Virus record (IMG/VR): IMGVR_UViG_3300030207_000242
Location: 1-28,657 of that record
From: a virus
Taxonomy: Duplodnaviria; Caudoviricetes
Reading direction: 5' to 3' (one strand)
DNA length: 28,657 nucleotides
Part shown: positions 17,283 through 24,473 of the stretch, one piece after another
Numbering within the stretch: position 1 is the first letter of the stretch
How the letters are laid out: every line of letters begins with the position of its first letter
Made by a program: the position numbers and the translations under genes
Notes under the pieces: generated by a model
What the model was told of the DNA's origin: nothing
The model's database searches: none
Seen by the model: the letters and a program-made list of their open reading frames with translations, nothing else

Positions 17283-19031
17283 ATGAAATGGGCTAGTATA
17301 TTATTAGGATTACTTACATTACCTTTGTTATTTAATTTTACACCTCTTGAGGTGATGAGATTAAAAACATTTGATTCATTAGTAACTACACCAGAACCAT
17401 CTGGTTATTTTACTATATTAAATATTACAGAAGAGGATGTACAAAGTAGAGGAGGTTATCCTTTTCCAAGAGCAGACTTAGCTGACATACACATAGACCT
17501 TTTGAATGAGGGTGCTTTGGGTGTTGGCTGGGTAATATTGTTTCCACAGCCTGACAGACTTGGTGGTGATGAAGAGTTTGCAAATGCTTTACAATGGAGA
17601 CATACTGTATTAGCAATGCCAGAGTTTGATAATGGTATTTATCCTGAAACTCATGGTACTGTTATACTAGGACCAGATGTAAGTCTACCAAAAGCAAAAG
17701 GATTTTTAGAAAACATTCCTGAACTAAAAGAAGTGTCAGTACAGGGTGCTGTATCTGCTCCAGTAGATGTAGATAATCTTGTAAGAAGATTACCATTACT
17801 ACAACAAACTCCGGATGGTTGGGTTGCTTCTTTTGGTATACAAGTTTTAAAGTCATTAGTAGAGGGTAATACATACCAAATAAAAACTAATGATAATGGT
17901 ATTGAGATGATAAGAGTCAAAGGACTTGACCCAATACCAACAGATAGTCTTGGTCGTAAATGGATTAGTTGGGTTGATACACCACAGACTACATTAGAGG
18001 AGATGGATGTTGCAGGTAAGTTTGTATTTGTAGGAGTTACTGCAGAAGGGGTAATGCCCACTTTAGCCACACCAAATGGGCTACTAGAACCTCACAAGAT
18101 ACAGGCTGCCCTTGCAGAAAGTATTTTGATTAACTCTCCGTTCATACCTGACTATAGATTATTTGTAGAATTATTATTATTATGCGTTTCAGGACTACTC
18201 GTAGCATTCATTATAAATTACTTTGGTATAACATGGGGATTATCATTAACAGGTATCTCGATATTATCGATGGGTGGACTAGGTTATTATTTTATATCTC
18301 TAGGATATTTAATTGATGTAACATGGAGTATGACATGTATGACACTTATGTCATTACAACAATTCTACTTACGATTTAGACAACAATACAAACTAAGACA
18401 ACTAATCAAAAAACAATTTGAGCATTACCTAGACCCAAGACAAGTAAAACAATTACAAGAAAATCCTGGACTGTTAAAGTTAGGTGGTGAAAGAAAGGAA
18501 TGTACCATACTCTTTACTGATGTTAGAGGTTTCACTTCTTTATCCGAAAGACTTCCACCAGAACAAGTAACAGACTTGATGAACAAAACATTAACCATAC
18601 AAGCAAATGCAGTTAAGAAGTATGGAGGTATGGTTGATAAATATATTGGTGATGCAATGATGGCAATATTCAATGCACCTATAGATATTGATATGCATGA
18701 AGACAGAGCAATACTTGCAGCAATAGAAATCAAGAAAAAAATGGAAGAAGCAAACTTAGGTATTCAAATTGGTATAGGAATCAATTCCGGAATCGTGATG
18801 CTTGGGAACTGTGGGAGTAAAGATAGGTTTGATTATACTGCAATAGGTGATGCAGTTAATCTTGCAGCAAGACTTGAGAGCTCTACTAAGGAAGTAGGTG
18901 AAGATATTGTGATAGGATATAACACTATGAAGAACAGCGACATGCAATTAAAACTACTAAAACCTATCAAAGTTAAAGGAAAAGAGAAAAAAGTAGAAAT
19001 ATATACAGTAAATCCAGTAGAATATTCGTAA
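17283..19031 (+). CDS. Membrane-bound CHASE2-domain class III adenylate cyclase
   Basis: N-terminal TM, then CHASE2-like motifs (GGYPFPRADLA, ILFPQPDRLGGDEEFA, DVDNLVRRLPL, GKFVFVG, TPNG....H.IQA) and three TMs. The cyclase core reads ILFTDVRGFT, DKYIGDAMMAIFNAP, GIGINSG, DYTAIGDAVNLAARLES, VKGK. Both metal-binding Asp, the Lys/Asp adenine-specificity pair and the Asn/Arg pair are present. Confidence 0.93.
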   Translation: MKWASILLGLLTLPLLFNFTPLEVMRLKTFDSLVTTPEPSGYFTILNITEEDVQSRGGYPFPRADLADIHIDLLNEGALGVGWVILFPQPDRLGGDEEFANALQWRHTVLAMPEFDNGIYPETHGTVILGPDVSLPKAKGFLENIPELKEVSVQGAVSAPVDVDNLVRRLPLLQQTPDGWVASFGIQVLKSLVEGNTYQIKTNDNGIEMIRVKGLDPIPTDSLGRKWISWVDTPQTTLEEMDVAGKFVFVGVTAEGVMPTLATPNGLLEPHKIQAALAESILINSPFIPDYRLFVELLLLCVSGLLVAFIINYFGITWGLSLTGISILSMGGLGYYFISLGYLIDVTWSMTCMTLMSLQQFYLRFRQQYKLRQLIKKQFEHYLDPRQVKQLQENPGLLKLGGERKECTILFTDVRGFTSLSERLPPEQVTDLMNKTLTIQANAVKKYGGMVDKYIGDAMMAIFNAPIDIDMHEDRAILAAIEIKKKMEEANLGIQIGIGINSGIVMLGNCGSKDRFDYTAIGDAVNLAARLESSTKEVGEDIVIGYNTMKNSDMQLKLLKPIKVKGKEKKVEIYTVNPVEYS

Positions 19032-19049
19032 ATCCTCTCAGAGCCACGG

Positions 19050-19144
19050 AGATGCCCTGTAATCAAAAGTTTGCCTAACGATACCTAACGCATAGGTAAC
19101 CCCTAGAAAACGCAGTACAGGGCATTTGGTGAGGTCGTTTTTTC
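19050..19144. terminator. Structured intergenic element at the convergence of the two arms (candidate bidirectional terminator or structured RNA)
   Basis: Perfect 10-bp inverted repeat ATGCCCTGTA (19052-19061) / TACAGGGCAT (19116-19125) enclosing the hairpin TACCTA-acgca-TAGGTA (19082-19098). A T-run lies at 19138-19143. The geometry is not that of a canonical terminator. Confidence 0.45.
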
Positions 19145-19369
19145 TTAATCTGCCATAATTCTAGCATTTAGGTTAGATTCTATGTAATTATGTATCTCAT
19201 CTAACTTTTTAGTGCCTTCTCTCATTATCACACGCAAAGTTGCATATTCTTCTTTCTTAAAATAAGGTTTAAGTTCTGTAATATCTGTAGATAATCTTTC
19301 AGTTATTAACTTACCTGACCTATCATAAAGAAGTTTGTAACCTAGAAGTGTTGCTTCTTTTCTTTTCAT
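19145..19369 (-). CDS. Hypothetical protein (74 aa)
   Basis: Follows nrdB by 2 nt, has RBS GAAGGA, and is the last gene of the - arm. Confidence 0.7.
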   Translation of the reverse strand: MKRKEATLLGYKLLYDRSGKLITERLSTDITELKPYFKKEEYATLRVIMREGTKKLDEIHNYIESNLNARIMAD

Positions 19370-19371
19370 TT

Positions 19372-20349
19372 CTATCCTTCATTAAAGTTTGCAAATGTTA
19401 TCTTATCTTGTGAACCACGAAGACCAGCCTTCATATAAGTAGTAGCTCTACCTTCAAAAAAGTTTTGATGCTCTACTCCCATGACTTCATCTATCCAACC
19501 TAGAGGATTCTCTCTTTGGTCATAATTAGTTTTAAGACCAAGTTGTAGTAATCTTCTATCAGCTATGTATCTATTGTAAGCATACATATCTTTTTTAGTT
19601 AAACCTTTTAAATCTCCCATTTCAAAGACTAAGTCTAAGAACTTATCTTCTAATGTAACCATCTCTCTACATATGTCGTAGATTTCTTTTTTGAAATCAT
19701 CTGTCCATATATCTATATTCTCTTTTATAAACTCTCTGAATAGTTTTGTCATTGCTTCTACATGCATTGATTCATCACGAATAGAATATGTAACTATCTG
19801 ACCCATACCTTTCATCTTTCCAAATCTAGGAAAGTTTAACAAGATTGCAAAGCTACTAAATAATTGTAGTCCTTCTGTAAAAGCAGAGTAAACTGCTAGG
19901 GTTTTAGCTATAGTTCTTTTATCAGACTTTGTAGGTTTAAAGTTTGAAACATAATCATGTTTGTCTGCCATCTCTTCGTAGTCAGCAAAAGCTTTATATT
20001 CTATATCAGGCATACCTACAGTATCTAATAATAAACTATAAGCATGTTGATGTATTGATTCCATGTTAGCAAAAGATGACATCATCATTCTTGCCTCTGG
20101 CTTTGTAAATGTACGCATATACTTATCAATGTACCCACTAGCAACATCTACATCTGATTGAGTAAATAATCTAAATATCTGTGTAAGTAGATTTTTTTCT
20201 ACATCAGTTAACTCTTGCCAGTCTTTTACATCTGTATGTAATGCTACCGATTCAGGCATCCAATGCATTTGATTCTGTAATACATAGTAATCAAACATCC
20301 ATGGATATTCAAATGGTTTATAATAATCTCTGTTACCCAACAAACTCAT
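19372..20349 (-). CDS. nrdB: Ribonucleotide reductase class Ia beta subunit
   Basis: HWMPESV, FTQSD, ESIHQHAY (ExxH plus radical Tyr), TEGLQLFSSF, IRDESMH, NFFEGRATTY. Confidence 0.96.
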   Translation of the reverse strand: MSLLGNRDYYKPFEYPWMFDYYVLQNQMHWMPESVALHTDVKDWQELTDVEKNLLTQIFRLFTQSDVDVASGYIDKYMRTFTKPEARMMMSSFANMESIHQHAYSLLLDTVGMPDIEYKAFADYEEMADKHDYVSNFKPTKSDKRTIAKTLAVYSAFTEGLQLFSSFAILLNFPRFGKMKGMGQIVTYSIRDESMHVEAMTKLFREFIKENIDIWTDDFKKEIYDICREMVTLEDKFLDLVFEMGDLKGLTKKDMYAYNRYIADRRLLQLGLKTNYDQRENPLGWIDEVMGVEHQNFFEGRATTYMKAGLRGSQDKITFANFNEG

Positions 20350-20554
20350 ATTCTTTCTCCTCTAATAATTTTAAATTTTCTGTTGCTTCTGCATACTCTT
20401 CAAACAGTTTATCAACAGTATCAACCATGTTAGGATGGTCAGCTACTCCAACACCTGTTCTAAAATACATTTGTATATTACACAAAGCCTCAGATTGTCT
20501 TGCTTTATATCTATCATACAAAGCATCATATAATTTTCTACTATTCATTTCCAT
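20333..20554 (-). CDS. Phage hypothetical protein (73 aa, GVADHP motif)
   Basis: Fills the nrdA-nrdB gap, starting 2 nt after nrdA and overlapping nrdB. Helical, with VGVADHPNMVDTVDKL. Confidence 0.7.
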   Translation of the reverse strand: MEMNSRKLYDALYDRYKARQSEALCNIQMYFRTGVGVADHPNMVDTVDKLFEEYAEATENLKLLEEKEYEFVG

Positions 20555-20556
20555 AA

Positions 20557-22455
20557 TTACCCCTCACAAGCTATACATTCCACATCATCCAACTTGACTC
20601 TTGGAACTTTAATATTAACATTCTCTACATTTCTAGCTGCGTTGGACCTAAAATAGTAGAGTGATTTAAGTTTATTCATACCATACCAATGAACATCATT
20701 TACATACTGCATATATTCATCATGAGATGTTTGGTCTTCTGTTGCTTTTGGTAGAGTAAAAAATAAGTTTACTGATTGTGCTTGACAAATATATTGTTGT
20801 CTTTGATAAGCATGTTCAATAATCCATATTTGATTTATTTCGTTTGCTGTTTTAAATACTTCTTTTTCTTCATCACTTAATATATCTAAGTGTTGAACAG
20901 AACCATTATTACCCGAAATACTTTTCCATATATCATCTAACTTCTTACCTTTCAAACCTTTATCTTTTAATAGCTTTTCAAGAAATTTGTTTTTAACTTG
21001 ATAACTACCTGATAAAGTTTTGTGAGTATAAGCGTTGGCACGATAAGGCTCGATAGAAGGACTAGTGCCGGAACAGATAATACCAGAACTAGCGTTAGGA
21101 GCAACAGCAAGAAGATTAGCATTCCTACACTCATGACCATGTAAATCAGGGCATTCACCACGCATCTCAGACAATCTTTTAGAAGCTTGAACAGCTTTGT
21201 TCTTAATGTGTTTAAATGCTTGATGATTGAAGCTGGTTGCCAGAACTCCCTCGAAAGGAATATTTTTAGACTGGAGGTAAGCATGGAAACCCATCGCACC
21301 CAAACCCAACGACCTTTCTCTATAAGCCGAATAAGCCGACTTGGCAAACCCTTCTTTACCTTCTCTAATATATTTTGTAAACCTTTTAAAATTCGCACTA
21401 TATCCTCCTAACTGTGATGTGTCTACTGCATTTTCTATGTAATGCTCTATTACATTATCTAACATTGTAATTAAATCTTCTATAAAATAATTATCACTAA
21501 CCCATGTGTCAAACTTTTCTAAGTTTACAGAAGATAGACAACATACTGCAGTCCTCTCTTCATTTGTTGGTAGTGTAATCTCTGAACATAAATTACTTTG
21601 TCTTATTTGTAATCCTAATTTTTGTTGTTGTTCAGGTAAAGCATCATTACATGTATCAATATTAACCATGTATGGCTCTCCTGTTTCTGCTCTAGCATTT
21701 ATAATCTGAAACCATAAGTCTCTAGCATTTATTACTTTAACAGCCTCATTTGATTTAGGGTCAATCAATCTCCAGTCTTCATCATTTTTAACAGCATCTA
21801 AAAATGCATTAGTAATATTAACACCATTGTGTAGATTTAAACATTTTCTATTTATATCACCACCAGATTCTTTTCTCATGTTAATAAACTCTTCTATCTC
21901 TGGATGACTAACATCCATGTATGCAGCATAAGAACCTCTTCTTGTTGTGCCTTGATTAAAGGCTAACATTTGAGAATCTACAACATGCATGAATGGGATT
22001 GAACCAGTAGAACGACTCCCATGAGTAGTAGATATACCATTGCTGCGAACATCCCCCCAAAATCCACCGATGCCTCCACCTGAACTTGCCAACCATATGT
22101 TTTCATCATAGTGAGAAGATAAGCCAGTCCTGCTGTCAGGTACATAATTGAGGAAACAGCTAATAGGTAAGCCACGAGTGGTTCCCCCGTTACTAAGTAT
22201 AGGAGTGCTAAACATGAACCACCTATTGGAACTGTAGTTATAAAGTCTTTGAGCCAATTCATAATCTGTTTCTCCTTTAAAAGTAGCACCGAAAACTGCT
22301 GCTCTTGCTAAAGCTTCCTGTGCATGAGTTTCATTCTCCCAAAAATACCTATCTTTGAGAGTATCTATACTAAACTTGTCAAAATCTTTTTCTTTGTCAT
22401 AGTCTATTATAATTCCTAAATAAGGTTTCTTTCCTATCTTATCTTCAATCATCAT
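20557..22455 (-). CDS. nrdA: Ribonucleotide reductase class I alpha subunit, without ATP cone
   Basis: FMFSTPILSNGG, ISCFL, GGGIG, QGTTRRGSYAAY, QSNLCSEI (N-C-E), VCCLSSVNL, APNASSG, QAQSVNLFF, KSLYY and C-terminal CIAC. Confidence 0.96.
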   Translation of the reverse strand: MMIEDKIGKKPYLGIIIDYDKEKDFDKFSIDTLKDRYFWENETHAQEALARAAVFGATFKGETDYELAQRLYNYSSNRWFMFSTPILSNGGTTRGLPISCFLNYVPDSRTGLSSHYDENIWLASSGGGIGGFWGDVRSNGISTTHGSRSTGSIPFMHVVDSQMLAFNQGTTRRGSYAAYMDVSHPEIEEFINMRKESGGDINRKCLNLHNGVNITNAFLDAVKNDEDWRLIDPKSNEAVKVINARDLWFQIINARAETGEPYMVNIDTCNDALPEQQQKLGLQIRQSNLCSEITLPTNEERTAVCCLSSVNLEKFDTWVSDNYFIEDLITMLDNVIEHYIENAVDTSQLGGYSANFKRFTKYIREGKEGFAKSAYSAYRERSLGLGAMGFHAYLQSKNIPFEGVLATSFNHQAFKHIKNKAVQASKRLSEMRGECPDLHGHECRNANLLAVAPNASSGIICSGTSPSIEPYRANAYTHKTLSGSYQVKNKFLEKLLKDKGLKGKKLDDIWKSISGNNGSVQHLDILSDEEKEVFKTANEINQIWIIEHAYQRQQYICQAQSVNLFFTLPKATEDQTSHDEYMQYVNDVHWYGMNKLKSLYYFRSNAARNVENVNIKVPRVKLDDVECIACEG

Positions 22456-22702
22456 CTTCCCCTATGTGTAAAGCAATTATAGCATAATGTATAATCTTAA
22501 GTAGTTCTAATCTTTTATTATCTTTCTTTCCATACCTCATAGCATACTTCATAATGTTTCCAATACAAAAACCTTCTCCATGTCCTGAGTCTATAATCAT
22601 ATCTGTTGCTTGATACTTACCATCTGCATAATGTTTCTTGTAAGTCTCTGCTATATAATCATCTATCTCTTCTAATATTTGTGTCTCACTAAATCTTCTC
22701 AC
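22445..22702 (-). CDS. DUF3310 / T7 gp1.7-like small phage protein (possible nucleotide kinase family)
   Basis: HY...KYQATDMI....GEGFCIGNIMKYAMRYGKKD...ELLKIIHY pattern. Confidence 0.7.
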   Translation of the reverse strand: MRRFSETQILEEIDDYIAETYKKHYADGKYQATDMIIDSGHGEGFCIGNIMKYAMRYGKKDNKRLELLKIIHYAIIALHIGEDDD

Positions 22703-23289
22703 TTAAATTTTCTCCCTTCAAACCAAGCCACTAAAGTTTCTCTAGTGCCTTGTGTTACAGGTGTTACTCTATGCATAAGAAAAGAAGGGAACACTAATAC
22801 AGTTCCTCTGTCTCTAATATCATTAGGTAGAGTATTACCTGTGCCATCATTTAATTCAAAATCACCACCAGTATATTCATTACTATTACTTAATTGTACA
22901 GTAACACTTAACTTTCTATGATAAGCATTTGGAGTTTCTAAAAAAGTATCCATGTGCCAATCATAATGGTCACCACCTTCGTTATAAATAGTATATTGAA
23001 TACTATCTAAAAAACTAACATCAAAACCAAAATTAGTTCTGTTAGCATCATTAACTACATTCCATAATGCATTTGATACATAATTCCATAAGTCAGCATG
23101 GTCTTGATTATTATAAGAAATAAAACCAGTTTGACTTTTTCTGAAAGATGATACTTTACCATCATCACCTTCACCTGTTATTGCATTACTTATATCTAAA
23201 ACATTTTTAGATTCTTGACTAATCCAATCACAGTCTGCATCTGTAAATATATTTTTATAAACTAACTTACTTTCCATTATTCCACTCAT
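22699..23289 (-). CDS. 2OG-Fe(II) oxygenase (prolyl-4-hydroxylase / PKHD-like)
   Basis: IQYTIY..GDHYDWHMD (HxD), RKLSVTVQLS...EYTGGDF, VFPSFLMHRVTPVTQGTRETLVAW. The start may be ATG 23277. Confidence 0.92.
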   Translation of the reverse strand: MSGIMESKLVYKNIFTDADCDWISQESKNVLDISNAITGEGDDGKVSSFRKSQTGFISYNNQDHADLWNYVSNALWNVVNDANRTNFGFDVSFLDSIQYTIYNEGGDHYDWHMDTFLETPNAYHRKLSVTVQLSNSNEYTGGDFELNDGTGNTLPNDIRDRGTVLVFPSFLMHRVTPVTQGTRETLVAWFEGRKFK

Positions 23290-24067
23290 AATTTTTTGAC
23301 AACTGCCAATACCTTAATAAATTATTAAACATTTCTTTATGCTTTTCATGAGACTCAGTATCCCAAACATGAAATAAAACAATGCTTGTATCTTTTCTAT
23401 CAACAAATATAGATACTCTCTCAGGACTATCTATACCCATGCCTTGTGCATACGCAGACAACTGCATACCATGCTCATCATAAACTAAACGAGAAGGGTC
23501 TTTACCTTCTAAGTTATCTTTGGTCTTAAAATCTACAAAGACATTGTCGCAATATAAATCTATCTTGCCTCCATATCCTTGAGGTGCACAAAAAGACCCC
23601 TCTGCAGTCCACTTGTCTGCCCATGAGTATTGGTCATCTAACCATTGCTTTATAATTTTATAGGGTTTGTGTTTTCTTTTACCTTGAAAACCTCTCTCAA
23701 TTTGAGCATGGATTTTAGTGCCTTCTTTGGCAGCTTTCAATCCAACTTGTCTTGCCTCATACTTACATTTATTTATAAAAGAATCCATATCTTCTATAGA
23801 TTCTCCAGTATCAGCCATTGTGGCTGCTTTGATAGCTTGAGTAATCTTCCAGTTTTCAAGTCCGGGCTTTGCAGCCATACCTATAATGGTAGTAACCGAA
23901 GGTACTAACCCTAAATTTTTAGCATCTCTTAATGTAGTGTTTCTTTCCTTACCATTAGCACCAATTAAAGTATATGCAGGTTCACCTTCTTGGTCATACC
24001 AATGTCCTGATTCGGATGTAAATTTATTATAGTTATCTAATTTAGATTTGTCAATAGTCTTAGTCAT
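23267..24067 (-). CDS. PD-(D/E)xK exonuclease-like protein
   Basis: VPSVTTII, GTKIH, E....GYGGKIDL...FVDFKT and QLSAYA, typical of phage RecB/Cas4-like exonucleases. Confidence 0.82.
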   Translation of the reverse strand: MTKTIDKSKLDNYNKFTSESGHWYDQEGEPAYTLIGANGKERNTTLRDAKNLGLVPSVTTIIGMAAKPGLENWKITQAIKAATMADTGESIEDMDSFINKCKYEARQVGLKAAKEGTKIHAQIERGFQGKRKHKPYKIIKQWLDDQYSWADKWTAEGSFCAPQGYGGKIDLYCDNVFVDFKTKDNLEGKDPSRLVYDEHGMQLSAYAQGMGIDSPERVSIFVDRKDTSIVLFHVWDTESHEKHKEMFNNLLRYWQLSKNYEWNNGK

Positions 24068-24473
24068 TTTTTAGGTCCTTAAATGTTTTAAATACATCAG
24101 ATGTAAATAATTTATTTATATTTACGAGATACATCTTACTTGCTTTATGGTCTCCACCACTAACAGATTTTTTAAAATCTAATTTATCTATTAACTTCTT
24201 TAACTTTGGAACTTCAAACACAAGTGTGCAAAATATATTATCATCAATACATAAGTTATGGAACCAATAGTCTGCTTCTGTAGCAGCAATACCTGATGGT
24301 TTACCATATGATTCATATTCAATACATATGTTGCCTGTCTTCATCCACATACCTCTTTCAGATTTTACCTCAATCTTTTTATTGGTAAGCATGTTTGCTA
24401 TTTTTTCTTCTCTTATAGTTCCATATTGTAAATCAATATCAAACTTCTTTCTATCTTCTTTAGTGGGTTTCAC
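24060..24473 (-). CDS. Putative PD-(D/E)xK restriction-endonuclease-fold phage protein
   Basis: KIEVKSER...TGNICIEYESYGKPSGIAATEADYW. GGAGG 8 nt upstream of GTG 24473 favours that start over 24500. Confidence 0.6.
   Translation of the reverse strand: MKPTKEDRKKFDIDLQYGTIREEKIANMLTNKKIEVKSERGMWMKTGNICIEYESYGKPSGIAATEADYWFHNLCIDDNIFCTLVFEVPKLKKLIDKLDFKKSVSGGDHKASKMYLVNINKLFTSDVFKTFKDLKND

Noticed and set aside
1576-18947. Short - strand ORFs under the + arm (e.g. 1576, 3087, 3992, 9196, 9622, 13429, 17425, 17651, 17662, 18425, 18756)
   Set aside because: All lie antisense to well-supported genes and show no motifs. They are expected by-products of codon bias.
17283-19031. Cyclase as a Pycsar/CBASS defence enzyme or a guanylate cyclase
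   Set aside because: The CHASE2 plus TM architecture and Lys/Asp specificity residues fit sensory adenylate cyclases. No adjacent cNMP-binding TIR or TM effector is present.
13948-19031. Prophage boundary with flanking host chromosome
   Set aside because: The cassette is coupled to phage lysis genes on one side and flanked by phage replication genes on the other. Its composition looks similar by eye, and no att site or integrase is seen.
23267-24067. cas4 of a CRISPR-Cas system
   Set aside because: No array or other cas genes, and no four-Cys Fe-S pattern. It fits an ordinary phage exonuclease.
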